Below are positions 16,003 to 26,546 of a stretch of 61,151 nucleotides of DNA, one piece after another. Each line of letters opens with the position of its first letter. Position 1 is the stretch's first letter. The notes under the pieces are model-generated. The model worked only from the letters and a program-made list of their open reading frames with translations. It made no database searches and was not told where the DNA came from. A program made the position numbers and the translations under genes. The DNA comes from a virus (taxonomy: Duplodnaviria; Caudoviricetes): positions 1 to 61,151 of the IMG/VR virus record IMGVR_UViG_3300022602_002290; one strand, written 5' to 3'.

Positions 16003-16882
16003 TCTAGCTATACCTAACTTAAAAAAAGGTGATAAGGTTATTGTAGGCTTAGGAGATAGTTATACACAAGGCTTAGGATCGTATACAGATATAACCTGGA
16101 AGAAAAATAATTATATGATTCCAGTATACACTCATGATAAAAGATTAATAGCAGAGCAGTACCAAGGTAGCTGGGTATCACAATTATGTCAGACCTATTT
16201 AGAAGATTATGTTCCTGTAAATTTTGGGCAAGCAGGCATCGGCAATAGGGGAGCATTAAAACAGTTATATTTAAACACTCAGGTTGACTTATCTCTTGCA
16301 GACGAAGTGATTGTTGTTTATATGCTAACAGGATTAGAAAGATTTGATTTTATTAGAAAAAATTATGGTAGTGAAGAACATTATAATTTTCATACTATGT
16401 GGCCTAATCCTCACGACGAGGGAGCTACGCATCCTGATCTCTGGAAGGCATATGAAAAGAACATTTATTCAGATGAGTTTATGGCAGGTGAATTAATATT
16501 AAACATATTAGAAGCACAAACATATTGTAAAGCCAATAACTATCGATTAATAATAACAAACGGATTTGATCCTAGAGCAAGTAAGGAGTGGTTACGAAAG
16601 GCCCTATGGAGTAACATTCCTATACTAGGTAGAAATCAAAAGAAACTAATCGATAAGATAGATTGGAATAATTTTCTATATCCAAAAGGACATAAATCTT
16701 TCTTGTATTATCTTTTAGAGTTAGAAGGTATGAGCCATCTGGAAAACGGAGGGTGGTGGGATCACTATTCTAAATTGCCAAGGCCTAGCGAATATATTAC
16801 TAATTGTGTTCATCCTACGCATAAAGGTCATTCAATAATCGCAAAAGAGATTTATGAGTTTATAAATGCAAATAGATACTGA
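15995..16882 (+). CDS. SGNH/GDSL hydrolase or acyltransferase-like protein
   Basis: GLGDSYTQG block I, NFGQAG.GN block II and C-terminal HPT.KGH. Confidence 0.75.
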   Translation: MYNLAIPNLKKGDKVIVGLGDSYTQGLGSYTDITWKKNNYMIPVYTHDKRLIAEQYQGSWVSQLCQTYLEDYVPVNFGQAGIGNRGALKQLYLNTQVDLSLADEVIVVYMLTGLERFDFIRKNYGSEEHYNFHTMWPNPHDEGATHPDLWKAYEKNIYSDEFMAGELILNILEAQTYCKANNYRLIITNGFDPRASKEWLRKALWSNIPILGRNQKKLIDKIDWNNFLYPKGHKSFLYYLLELEGMSHLENGGWWDHYSKLPRPSEYITNCVHPTHKGHSIIAKEIYEFINANRY

Positions 16883-17471
16883 ACACCTACATCATTGGAT
16901 GCAGGCTATACGGCAAAGTCCTGATCCTATGCGGACTATGGATGCCTTTTGGTCCGGACAACTCAAAAGCAAAGAATGGCTGATTGATAATTTAGACGAG
17001 TACGTACACTCAGCATCTAGCATAGAAATATGTGCAGGCTGGGTAGGTGTATTAGCCAGTATGTTGTTCCAAAGCAATATACCAATTACTCATATTGCCA
17101 GTTATGATATTGATCCTACTTGCAAGCCTATAGCAGAAGCAATGAATAAGCTAGAGGAAATGCAAGGCAGGTTCCGTGCCAGCGTAGTAGATATAAGTCA
17201 TCCTATGCATATGAGTGCTGATATTATCATTAATACCAGTTGTGAACATCTTACACAAGAACAATATAATAGTTGGTTAACCTACACTCCTAAAGATAGT
17301 TTGCTTGTATTGCAGAGCAATAATTATAATATACTAGAACACGTAAGAATTGCCAACGACCTAGAAGAATTTAAAACACAATGTGGTGTTGATATTATAT
17401 GGGCAGGTGAGCTAGAATTACCGTTGTATACTAGGTATATGATTATTGGAAAAAATAATGAACCTTCATAA
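16866..17471 (+). CDS. Class I SAM-dependent methyltransferase-like protein
   Basis: ICAGWVG, SYDID and IINTSCEH motifs. Confidence 0.75.
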   Translation: MQIDTEHLHHWMQAIRQSPDPMRTMDAFWSGQLKSKEWLIDNLDEYVHSASSIEICAGWVGVLASMLFQSNIPITHIASYDIDPTCKPIAEAMNKLEEMQGRFRASVVDISHPMHMSADIIINTSCEHLTQEQYNSWLTYTPKDSLLVLQSNNYNILEHVRIANDLEEFKTQCGVDIIWAGELELPLYTRYMIIGKNNEPS

Positions 17472-18198
17472 TATAGATAATGTGATCATTCCGTTTGATA
17501 AGAGATGGAATAAAATTGCTATCAGTGTAAGCGGTGGTGCTGATAGTGCGTATCTTGCTTATCTGATCAGTGCATTTGTCTATCACTATGAAAGAACGGA
17601 TGTTGAAATACATGTTATTAGCCATACCAGGATGTGGAAGACACGTCCCTGGCAATCTTATGATAGCAAACAAGTATTTGATTGGTTAGTAAACAGATTT
17701 CCAGATATCAAATTTATCAGACACATAAACTTTATTGCGCCTGATTTAGAATGGGGCAATAAAGGTCGAATACTAACAGATGAATATGGTAAAGAAGTAA
17801 GCGGTGATAATATACAGCAAAGATCCTATGCAGAGTATATCTGCTATCACCATAATATAGATGCATACTATAATGCAGTTACTCGCAATCCTAAAAATGT
17901 AGACTTCAAAGGCCTGAGCCCGAGAGATGTAGATCCTACAGAAGATAATCAACATTTAGTATTAATGCAACACATGGATGTTTGGGCTATACATCCTTTT
18001 AGATTTACAGAAAAGAGCTGGGTAATAAAACAGTATCGTGAAATGGGTCTAATGGATCTGTTTGAATTAACTCGTAGTTGTGAAGGCGAGTTTGAGGGTA
18101 TTGACTATAAAACATATAAGCCAGGACAGTATGTTCCTGTATGCGGAGAGTGTTTTTGGTGCAAAGAAAGAGAGTGGGCATTAAATGTTCAAGTTTGA
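17458..18198 (+). CDS. QueC-like PP-loop ATPase (7-cyano-7-deazaguanine synthase fold)
   Basis: SGGADS PP-loop and TRSC...CGECFWC.ER zinc site. Confidence 0.7.
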   Translation: MNLHNIDNVIIPFDKRWNKIAISVSGGADSAYLAYLISAFVYHYERTDVEIHVISHTRMWKTRPWQSYDSKQVFDWLVNRFPDIKFIRHINFIAPDLEWGNKGRILTDEYGKEVSGDNIQQRSYAEYICYHHNIDAYYNAVTRNPKNVDFKGLSPRDVDPTEDNQHLVLMQHMDVWAIHPFRFTEKSWVIKQYREMGLMDLFELTRSCEGEFEGIDYKTYKPGQYVPVCGECFWCKEREWALNVQV

Positions 18199-19249
18199 CG
18201 AACTACAGCAGATACATTTAGAAATCACAAACAACTGCCAAGCCAGTTGTCCTATGTGTTCTAGAAACATACATGGCGGATTAGATAATCCGTTGATAAC
18301 ATCTGCTGGTTGGACTATTGATGATTTCAAAGCAGTAATGACTCCTGAAGTATTCGCGCAGATTAGGAGTTTTTATTTCTGCGGAAACTTTGGAGATCCT
18401 ATACTGAACAATGATCTAATTAAGATGTGCGAGTACGCTAAAGAAATGGCTCCGGGTATGCCTGTTCGTATACACACAAACGGTAGTGCTAGATCTGTTA
18501 GCTGGTGGAAACAATTAGCCAAAGCAATGCCAGATAAAAATGGTATTGTATTTGCGCTAGATGGTTTAGAAGATACTCACAGTATCTATAGGATAGGTAC
18601 AGATTTTAACACTATCATTCGAAATGCAAAAGCTGTTATAGAAGAAGGTATAGAAGCAGAATGGGTGTTCATTAGATTTAAGCATAACGAACATCAAGTA
18701 GAACAAGCACGAGCAATGGCTAAAGATTTAGGGTTTACTACGTTTACAGTAAAGAACAGTAGTCGTTTCTTATTAGATCCGCAGTATCCTGTTTTAAACA
18801 AACAAGGAGAAACAATATATAACCTAGAACCGTCTACTGATAATAAAATGGTATTCATTGATAAGAAAGTAATTGAAAACTATAAGACTGTTATGGATAC
18901 TATGGAAATAGATTGCTATGCTCAAAAAGAACGTGAGCTATACATAGATGCTTATAAAAATGTATTTCCTTGTTGCTGGCTGTCTAGTATTCCTTATAAC
19001 CATATAGAAGATAATCCGTTATCGAGTGTAAGATACGAGATTAGAAATGAGTATACTAATCTAATGAATACTCTCGGTAATGTTAACGGTGTTGAGCGTT
19101 CTATTAAAGATATAATTGATTCTGATGCTTGGCAGACATGTTGGGAAGAATACTGGACAACTAAGAAACTGATAACCTGTGCAAGAACATGCGGGCGTTC
19201 TAATGCTGTATCGTTTGCACAGCCAAGAGATCAAAAAGAAAATGTCTAA
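18185..19249 (+). CDS. Radical SAM protein with a C-terminal SPASM/twitch domain
   Basis: CQASCPMC, GNFGDP and C-terminal C...PCC...C..TC. Confidence 0.9.
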   Translation: MFKFDELQQIHLEITNNCQASCPMCSRNIHGGLDNPLITSAGWTIDDFKAVMTPEVFAQIRSFYFCGNFGDPILNNDLIKMCEYAKEMAPGMPVRIHTNGSARSVSWWKQLAKAMPDKNGIVFALDGLEDTHSIYRIGTDFNTIIRNAKAVIEEGIEAEWVFIRFKHNEHQVEQARAMAKDLGFTTFTVKNSSRFLLDPQYPVLNKQGETIYNLEPSTDNKMVFIDKKVIENYKTVMDTMEIDCYAQKERELYIDAYKNVFPCCWLSSIPYNHIEDNPLSSVRYEIRNEYTNLMNTLGNVNGVERSIKDIIDSDAWQTCWEEYWTTKKLITCARTCGRSNAVSFAQPRDQKENV

Positions 19250-20546
19250 TACTATTTGTACGCTTCCTTGGATACATTTGGCTACAAGACCTAACGGAGA
19301 TGTTAGAGTATGTTGTACAGCTAATGCCAGCGGTGCAGGTGAGGATGATATTAAAGATGCAGGTCTTGTAAAGAAAGACGGGCGAATAATGAATCTGCAA
19401 CAAGACACAATAGATGAAGTATGGAATAGTGATTATATGAAAACTATAAGACTTCAGATGTTAGCAGGTGAAGCCCCGCCTAGTTGTAGGAAATGCTATG
19501 CAGAAGAAGCAAGCGGTATTGTTAGTAAAAGACAATGGGAAAAGGAAGTTTGGAAAGATAGACTAGATATCGAAAGCATTATTGGATCAACAACAGAAGA
19601 TGGAAGCCTTCCTGTGAGTATTCCTTATTTTGATTTACGATTAGGTAACATGTGCCAACTTAAATGTATCATGTGTAGTCCGCACGATAGTAGTAGTTGG
19701 ATCAAAGAATGGAAACTACAGTATCCAAAATATAAAACTATAGAACTCAAACAGGATCAGCGTTGGGATAGCGATTTTGATTACACATGGTATAAGAAAG
19801 GTAGTTTCTTAGAAGACATGCGTTCTCAATCTGCTAACATACGAGAGTTGTATTTTGCGGGCGGCGAACCTTTACTAATACCAGAACACTACAAGATATT
19901 AGAGTTTATGGTAGAAACAGGTGCGGCTAAAAATTGTGTGCTACGTTATAACAGTAATGGATTAGAACTTCCAGACCGCTTGTTTGATTTATGGAATCAT
20001 TTTAAAGAGGTTAAGTTTAATTTTAGTATAGATGCAATAGGCGATAGAAATGATTATATACGCTATCCTAGTAAATGGAAAGATGTTACTACTAACTTAG
20101 AACGATTAGATGATACCCCAGACAACATTACGGTAAACATTGCCTGTGCTGTGCAGTTATTAAACGTATTAACAGTACCAGAATTAGTGCATTGGAAAGA
20201 AAGTAAAAACTTTAAAAAGATTAACTTACCTCCCTATGGTGCAGGATTGATAGGAACTCACTTAGTTTATCTACCTAGCTATTTGAATGTAAGAGTTTTA
20301 CCAAAGCATCTAAAACAAAAAGTAATAAAGAATGTAGACTACTTTTGTTCTCGTAGATCAAGTGATCGAGAGTTTATTTCAAATCCATACGGATTCAAAC
20401 GCTGGCAAGGACTTGTACAATATATGATGGCAGAGGATTGGTCAAACAAACTCCCTATGCTTGAAGATTATCTAACAACAACAGATCAACAACGTGGTAC
20501 AAACTTTAGGAAAACTTTCCCTGAATTATCCGACATTTTTGAATAG
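19242..20546 (+). CDS. Radical SAM protein with an N-terminal SPASM/twitch-like cluster
   Basis: CQLKCIMC and AGGEP; N-terminal C.LPW...CC...C.KC. Confidence 0.9.
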   Translation: MSNTICTLPWIHLATRPNGDVRVCCTANASGAGEDDIKDAGLVKKDGRIMNLQQDTIDEVWNSDYMKTIRLQMLAGEAPPSCRKCYAEEASGIVSKRQWEKEVWKDRLDIESIIGSTTEDGSLPVSIPYFDLRLGNMCQLKCIMCSPHDSSSWIKEWKLQYPKYKTIELKQDQRWDSDFDYTWYKKGSFLEDMRSQSANIRELYFAGGEPLLIPEHYKILEFMVETGAAKNCVLRYNSNGLELPDRLFDLWNHFKEVKFNFSIDAIGDRNDYIRYPSKWKDVTTNLERLDDTPDNITVNIACAVQLLNVLTVPELVHWKESKNFKKINLPPYGAGLIGTHLVYLPSYLNVRVLPKHLKQKVIKNVDYFCSRRSSDREFISNPYGFKRWQGLVQYMMAEDWSNKLPMLEDYLTTTDQQRGTNFRKTFPELSDIFE

Positions 20547-21003
20547 GGTCTTGCTGTCTGCGTGGAATTAGACTGTTAACAATTATACATGCCTTAATTG
20601 CCCAGTTTTCTTTTTTGATTTTGCGTTTTGTTTTTTTATTTTCTAATCCTATACTAGATATAAAGTGATTGATCTCATCTAGTTCTGTGTTGCATTTTTT
20701 AATAAAGAAATTTTTAGAATCTAGTATTATGTAATCATCATCTAATAAATTTGATATCAATAGCTTATATAGATTTTGTTTAGCATACCCGTCAAGTGTT
20801 GTTGCCCAATAATTAGGAAACAATATTTTTAATTTATGTTTAGTATAATAAGGTTGTAAAGATTCTATCCATTGTTTTTTATCAATAGAATAATCGTTTA
20901 CTATTACCCAATGAGTACAAGGTTCAAGAAATTTCCTAATACTTTCCGCCTGTAATAGCATATCATTTAAATCTTTATTACAGGTTACTGTTACTAGATG
21001 CAT
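20506..21003 (-). CDS. GT-A glycosyltransferase-like protein, apparently short or truncated
   Basis: VTVTC..D...GY.KQ...K...YIILDSKNFF motifs; the C-terminus is K-rich and overlaps the convergent gene. Confidence 0.45.
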   Translation of the reverse strand: MHLVTVTCNKDLNDMLLQAESIRKFLEPCTHWVIVNDYSIDKKQWIESLQPYYTKHKLKILFPNYWATTLDGYAKQNLYKLLISNLLDDDYIILDSKNFFIKKCNTELDEINHFISSIGLENKKTKRKIKKENWAIKACIIVNSLIPRRQQDPIQKCRIIQGKFS

Positions 21004-21892
21004 TTTGTATTTTAGTTAACGGAATATCAGCGGCACATGTACACCAGTCTCGAGTGCATATAACGGGTTCGTTGGGCACAAGGAAGGTGCCTTCATATAT
21101 GTTTCCCAAGCTACCACCTACTCTACAAGTAGCACGATGCACTTCACCGTCCCAATTAATCATGAGACTTTCGAGACCGGCGTTACATGTCCAGTCCTTA
21201 TATTTGTTCATATGCAATTTGATTATATCATTTGCATGATATAATTGATTAGGATCATCGTCTATTACACAGTTTGCATATACTGTAGAACTGTTCTCTA
21301 TAATCCATTTATAATCATCCGGCTCATATCGCATGTCATCAAATATATTGTGATCACCCTCAGTCCAGCGGATCCTGCGTATGTTGTAGGATATACTATG
21401 AGCCTGACATGCATCAGCTACTATTTTAACAGTTTTCATGTGCGTATGCAAGGCCATAATTTGAGCAACTATATAGATATTAGGATTATTCATATGCACA
21501 TTGACTATTGTGTTTAACACACGCATAGGATCGTGTTCCATATGTATGCTGAATATATACTGATCTACTGGTAAATTTTCATACCAAACTGCTTTCCTAG
21601 ATCCGTTAGTAGTTACACTGATTTTCTGTATGCCCACATGCTTTGCATACATAACAAGCTCAGAGAACTTAGGATGTACACAAGGTTCACCTCCTGTAAA
21701 ACTTAGATGGACAGGTTTACCTAACGTCATCATCTTGTCTACAGTCGCTTTGAGTATTTCTATATCTGTATGCTCGCTGGTAGAATCATGTATAGAGGAT
21801 GGACAATAACTGCAATCAAAATTACAGCGTTTTCCTAAGTTCCACTCTATGTGAATAGAGTTGTCTCTATTTCTATGCGCTACCTTATGCAT
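20978..21892 (-). CDS. Radical SAM protein with a twitch domain
   Basis: CNFDCSYC, TGGEP and C.AG...C...C..D.C.C. Confidence 0.9.
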   Translation of the reverse strand: MHKVAHRNRDNSIHIEWNLGKRCNFDCSYCPSSIHDSTSEHTDIEILKATVDKMMTLGKPVHLSFTGGEPCVHPKFSELVMYAKHVGIQKISVTTNGSRKAVWYENLPVDQYIFSIHMEHDPMRVLNTIVNVHMNNPNIYIVAQIMALHTHMKTVKIVADACQAHSISYNIRRIRWTEGDHNIFDDMRYEPDDYKWIIENSSTVYANCVIDDDPNQLYHANDIIKLHMNKYKDWTCNAGLESLMINWDGEVHRATCRVGGSLGNIYEGTFLVPNEPVICTRDWCTCAADIPLTKIQNASSNSNL

Positions 21893-22698
21893 GTTTTTGT
21901 AATCCGTGAGTATCTTGAAAGTTCGGATACAATGTTATCTTCTGAAAGTCCTTTAAATCCGCTATCATTGTAATTGAGTTTGGCTACTGGAATCAATCCC
22001 AGTGACAAGTGTTTAAATTTGAAATCTTGTTCTTCTAACCATTTGTATAATTTCTTACTACGTCGATCATACACATCGTCTGTAGTATCTTTGCCAAACT
22101 TAACCATAAAATCTGCGCTGTAATATTCCAATGGCTGTATATTGTTTACCAGTTGATCTTTATCTTTAAACACATCCAGTATCGGTTTTCCTACTTCACA
22201 GTAATTTATATATACATATCCAAACTTCCATTTGAATGTAAAATGTTGATAGTCTTCTTCTTGCAAACTAATTCTTGGCCTATCATTATAGGTGCCTACA
22301 ATTTCTGGATATGTAGAATTACGCAAATGATGCTCAAGCTCATGTATTAATATGTTAAATCTATCAATAGCATTTTTTACATTATCTGGAGCATTGTTAT
22401 AAAATTCTGTTCCAACATCTATTGGTCCTCGTAGGTCTTCAAAATGTTTGTGTAATAGATTTAAATTATCTTGTGTAAACTCTGTTACATCTGTTATAGG
22501 ACTGTATTGATTAACGATATCAATTTGTTGTTTAAGCTCTGCATGATAATCTTTATTGTTATTCCATCCTTTAAATCTATCTGTTTCATACAATGAGTAA
22601 TTATTGTTAATCTCATTACCCCAACGCTGTGCAATGTCAGTATCTAATAAATCAAATACAACATTCTTATTGTCTAATGTTAAAACAAATTGTTTCAT
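21880..22698 (-). CDS. Hypothetical protein
   Basis: 272-aa ORF overlapping both neighbours. Confidence 0.75.
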   Translation of the reverse strand: MKQFVLTLDNKNVVFDLLDTDIAQRWGNEINNNYSLYETDRFKGWNNNKDYHAELKQQIDIVNQYSPITDVTEFTQDNLNLLHKHFEDLRGPIDVGTEFYNNAPDNVKNAIDRFNILIHELEHHLRNSTYPEIVGTYNDRPRISLQEEDYQHFTFKWKFGYVYINYCEVGKPILDVFKDKDQLVNNIQPLEYYSADFMVKFGKDTTDDVYDRRSKKLYKWLEEQDFKFKHLSLGLIPVAKLNYNDSGFKGLSEDNIVSELSRYSRITKTCIR

Positions 22699-23960
22699 TT
22701 ATAATCATCAAAGTCTGGAGTTACATCAAAGAAACTCTGATTGCGTGTAGCATCTAATCTACGATTAAATTCAATACAGTCTTGCCATTTATCGCTTTGG
22801 TCATCAGCCCATATGTAATTGATAATACCATCTATCTGTTTCAGTGTAAGATCTAATAGCATAGGATGTTGCTGTACTAATTTGTAATCTTCTATATACA
22901 TTTTAGCAAAGTTTAAATTAATGGTTGCTTGTTCTTTAAGATGTTCTGGTAACACTTGTGCAGATAATACTGTAGGATAATTTACCATGTTAGTATAAAA
23001 CACAATGCCTAACTCGTCTAAGAAGTATTTGATCATCTCTTCTAGAATCATCACATTACTAACTTGTACAGCAACCGCTCCTACTATTCTGGTAACGTTT
23101 GGGATTGTTTGTATTTCTTTAATGTTCGAAACAACTTTGCTCCAATCGCTGTTACCACGAATGTAGTTGTAAACATCGCCAATGCCGTCAATGCTGACAT
23201 TAACGGCAATTGATTTAAAATAAGGCCAGTATTCATGTATTGTTCTTCCTTTGTTAATTCCTAATGTTGTGCCATTGGTAGCATACTTTAGTTCTATTTG
23301 ATGTCCATAAGGTTTGAGCATATCTAATATACGATAGTGCGTAGGATCCATTAATGGTTCACCGCCTGCAAATTCCACACGACGGAAGTAAGGCAATAGC
23401 TTTTCTAAACTTGCCCACCATTGCGGATTATCTGTAAACTTGTCTAGGTATGGACTATCTATCAGCTTGAGATCTTGTATAGTTTTTACCAAATAATTGT
23501 TCTCTTTAGAATAAAAGTCTTCTACTTCTTTCCAGTCATTCCAGCTTGTGCTGTCCATAGGATGACACATACGACACTTAAGATTGCACAAATTGTTTAA
23601 CTTTAATTCCATAGTAGGCAAAGTAAACGGCATCATATAATCTGCACCAACTTGCTCTAGTGCATTAGGATATAAATTAATGCGAGCTTCTGGTATAACT
23701 CCATTAATGTGTCTTTGTCTTAGACTTTCTACTCCCTGTCTTTCTAGATTGAAACAAGGTGCGCATTCGGGAGGGCGTTCATCGTTCAATACTTGTCTAC
23801 GGATACGGCGCATGGTCGTACCATTCCAGATATCTTCTAGGGTATTGTCTTGGATAAAACCAATAGGATGGCTACGGCAACATACTTTAATTGCGCCGTC
23901 TTCTCTAGTAGCGAGCCCTGTAAATGGGTGCATACAAAATGTAGTTGATTTATGTTGCAT
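22695..23960 (-). CDS. Radical SAM protein with an N-terminal SPASM/twitch-like cluster
   Basis: CNLKCRMC and AGGEP; paralog of 19242-20546. Confidence 0.9.
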   Translation of the reverse strand: MQHKSTTFCMHPFTGLATREDGAIKVCCRSHPIGFIQDNTLEDIWNGTTMRRIRRQVLNDERPPECAPCFNLERQGVESLRQRHINGVIPEARINLYPNALEQVGADYMMPFTLPTMELKLNNLCNLKCRMCHPMDSTSWNDWKEVEDFYSKENNYLVKTIQDLKLIDSPYLDKFTDNPQWWASLEKLLPYFRRVEFAGGEPLMDPTHYRILDMLKPYGHQIELKYATNGTTLGINKGRTIHEYWPYFKSIAVNVSIDGIGDVYNYIRGNSDWSKVVSNIKEIQTIPNVTRIVGAVAVQVSNVMILEEMIKYFLDELGIVFYTNMVNYPTVLSAQVLPEHLKEQATINLNFAKMYIEDYKLVQQHPMLLDLTLKQIDGIINYIWADDQSDKWQDCIEFNRRLDATRNQSFFDVTPDFDDYK

Positions 23961-24771
23961 GTGTTAACTCAATGTAATACAAACCAACATCATCTATTGA
24001 ATATTCTTTGTTAGGAAATATTCCCGTTACCGTTAGTTCAGAATCTTTGATAAATGGTAGGAATGTATCTAGAGAAGATCCGTGTTTATTTTCCTGTAAC
24101 AAAATTACACCATCATGTGCAAGATGTTTTTTAATATTGTTAAAAAAGTTCTTGTGTGCTTGCCAACTTAGATCTACATTAATTCGCATACCGTGGTTGT
24201 CCTTTGAATGAAAGTGTGCGGGATTTTCAAAATGCGGAGGATTAGCTACTACAAGATCAAATATTTCGTAGTCTGGTAAACATGATAAATCGCCTCCTAA
24301 ATATGCGGTTCCTGTACAGTTATTATATTTGATAGAATCTTTAACGCAATCAATTGCAGGTTTGTAAATATCAGAAAAACATACAGAATTGCACAATTTG
24401 TTTCCTAATAATGAAAAACCAATAAATCCAGGACCCGAACACCATTCGTAACATTTTTTAAAAATTCTGTCTTTATACCTAGACCGAATGATATCTAAAT
24501 AATACGAAGACTGAATTATACCTCCACCATATAGCGCATTTTCATAAAACACTTTGATAGATCCTGTGCTGAATATTTTTTTGCTGGTAAAGCTATAAAA
24601 AACATTTATAATTTTTTCAGCTATGTCTTTTGGGTATTCATCAAAAGGGTTGCTGGTAATGGATGTTGGGTTAACGTAATCCGGCCAACCTGGTTCTTTA
24701 GCTAGATTGTACGCAAGTTTCCATTCATCTTGACTAATTTTTTCACGAATGAGATTATGATCTATATGCAT
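23950..24771 (-). CDS. Class I methyltransferase (NPPx motif, N-methyltransferase type)
   Basis: EWCSGPGFIG and FDLVVANPPHF. Confidence 0.85.
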   Translation of the reverse strand: MHIDHNLIREKISQDEWKLAYNLAKEPGWPDYVNPTSITSNPFDEYPKDIAEKIINVFYSFTSKKIFSTGSIKVFYENALYGGGIIQSSYYLDIIRSRYKDRIFKKCYEWCSGPGFIGFSLLGNKLCNSVCFSDIYKPAIDCVKDSIKYNNCTGTAYLGGDLSCLPDYEIFDLVVANPPHFENPAHFHSKDNHGMRINVDLSWQAHKNFFNNIKKHLAHDGVILLQENKHGSSLDTFLPFIKDSELTVTGIFPNKEYSIDDVGLYYIELTHAT

Positions 24772-24812
24772 AGAAATATTTATGTACGCATTTAATGGTG
24801 TTAAATATATCT

Positions 24813-25481
24813 ATGCTAACTAAAACCTCTTTTAATGTCTCTTTGGATACTATAGAAATTGCCAAAAACAATTTACCATCTGACGAATTCCGCTTGACTA
24901 TCAACAAGCCTACCGGCGATTTCTTCTACGATCCCTGGATTATAAAAGACGAGTATAAGAATACAGTATGGGAAACTATATTAAAATCCCTAGGTACAAT
25001 ACACGGAGAAGCACGTATTATCTTGTTAGATGAAGGTAACTGCTATCAATCGCATTCGGACATAGATAATCGTTATCATTTGAACATAAGTGGTACTGAT
25101 TGTTACATAGCTGATCTATTGTCTAGTAAACTGCATCAATTAAAGGCAGACGGACACTGGTACTATATGGATGCAGGTAAAAAGCATTCAGCCGCTAATT
25201 TTGGAAGAGGTGTTAGGGCACAGTTAGTTGTAAGATGTTTATTATTGAACGGTCATAAGGGCAAGTTTGTTCCTGTTACTATTGAGTCAACCTTAGATGA
25301 TAAAGAAGAATCTAGATATAGATTTGATATGCACATCAGTCCAGAATTGAATAAACAAAACAAATATCAATGGATGCGTAATTTTAAAATATTGGATGCT
25401 TCTGTATCATTTGAAGTTAGTTCTGAATCATTATCATCATTGCGTAGTTGTATTCCAGAAGGATTTATTTTACATGAGTAA
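24813..25481 (+). CDS. Cupin/2OG-Fe(II) hydroxylase (Asp/Asn beta-hydroxylase-like)
   Basis: HSD..RYHL...HSAAN...R; TAAATA 5 nt before ATG 24813. Confidence 0.7.
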   Translation: MLTKTSFNVSLDTIEIAKNNLPSDEFRLTINKPTGDFFYDPWIIKDEYKNTVWETILKSLGTIHGEARIILLDEGNCYQSHSDIDNRYHLNISGTDCYIADLLSSKLHQLKADGHWYYMDAGKKHSAANFGRGVRAQLVVRCLLLNGHKGKFVPVTIESTLDDKEESRYRFDMHISPELNKQNKYQWMRNFKILDASVSFEVSSESLSSLRSCIPEGFILHE

Positions 25482-26016
25482 GTTTATAGGTCGTTCTAAT
25501 ATTAATTGGTATGAGCTGATACAAGCTCTTGATCCGCAACAAGGTGATATCAGAACATACGGAATAGATTTTTATCAAAACACCGATGGTAGGTTTAATG
25601 ATATTATTGAATTATGGCAACATGCAGGATATGACAAAGCAGGCACAGTTGAATGGGTAAACTATTATCCAGAAAAACATTTTGACAAAAAGATAATAGA
25701 AGATTATAGCCAATGGCTAGGATATAAATGTGTACGTGCTTGGGTCAGCTCTATACGTCCTGGAAAATATGCGCCCTATCATTGGGATATAGATGACAAT
25801 GAAGAAGAGCATCTTAAACTAGGTGAGCTAACTAGATTTACTACACACATGGGAATATCAGAACCCGGACATGTATTCATTGTAGACGATCAAGTATTTT
25901 CAAATCAAGAATCTGGATACACACATCAATGGTCCTCTCACAGAGCATGGCATGCTGGTGGAAACTGCGGGCTCAAAAAGAAATGGTTGTTTAATTTTAT
26001 AGGAGTGAAGGTATGA
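25474..26016 (+). CDS. Cupin/2OG-Fe(II) hydroxylase-like protein
   Basis: PG..APYHWD...WHAGGN. Confidence 0.7.
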   Translation: MSKFIGRSNINWYELIQALDPQQGDIRTYGIDFYQNTDGRFNDIIELWQHAGYDKAGTVEWVNYYPEKHFDKKIIEDYSQWLGYKCVRAWVSSIRPGKYAPYHWDIDDNEEEHLKLGELTRFTTHMGISEPGHVFIVDDQVFSNQESGYTHQWSSHRAWHAGGNCGLKKKWLFNFIGVKV

Positions 26017-26546
26017 AGTTTGTAGGCAATTCGTCTAATCTAATTGATTGGCCTTCGCTAATTGAACAACTCAATTTTCAAGAAGGACGATTCAGAGGTA
26101 GCGATCAAGAAGATGATATACATCATAATCCTAAAGTTGCGGCATTAAGAAAGCTATGGCAACGTGCAGGGTATGATGGCAACAAAGCAGTAGGATGGTT
26201 TGATTATGACTGCCCTCAAGATATAGTAAACAAGTTTGCAGATTATGTAAACGTAGTTCCTATTGGTTGTTGGATAACAAGTGTTAGACCGGGCTACATT
26301 GTTCCGTGGCATTATGATATAACAGACAACGAAGTAGAAATGTTAGAAAAAGGAATCATTAAAAGATTTACTTGCCACATTAATAAGCCTGCATTTGGAC
26401 AAGTGTTTATATTAGAAGGCGAAGTTTGTTACAACAGAGAGCAAGGCGATGTCTTTGAATGGGACGATTGGCAACAATGGCATGGCGGTATGAACATGGG
26501 GCTAGAGCCAAAATTCTTGTTTAATTTCTTAGGTTATGCAAAATGA
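26013..26546 (+). CDS. Cupin/2OG-Fe(II) hydroxylase-like protein (tandem paralog of 25474-26016)
   Basis: PG..VPWHYD...WHGGMN; shares LWQ.AGYD. Confidence 0.7.
   Translation: MKFVGNSSNLIDWPSLIEQLNFQEGRFRGSDQEDDIHHNPKVAALRKLWQRAGYDGNKAVGWFDYDCPQDIVNKFADYVNVVPIGCWITSVRPGYIVPWHYDITDNEVEMLEKGIIKRFTCHINKPAFGQVFILEGEVCYNREQGDVFEWDDWQQWHGGMNMGLEPKFLFNFLGYAK

Noticed and set aside
23950-24771. DNA adenine methyltransferase call for the NPPHF protein
   Set aside because: Motif order, small size and lack of a target-recognition domain fit protein or small-molecule N-methyltransferases better; not fully excluded.
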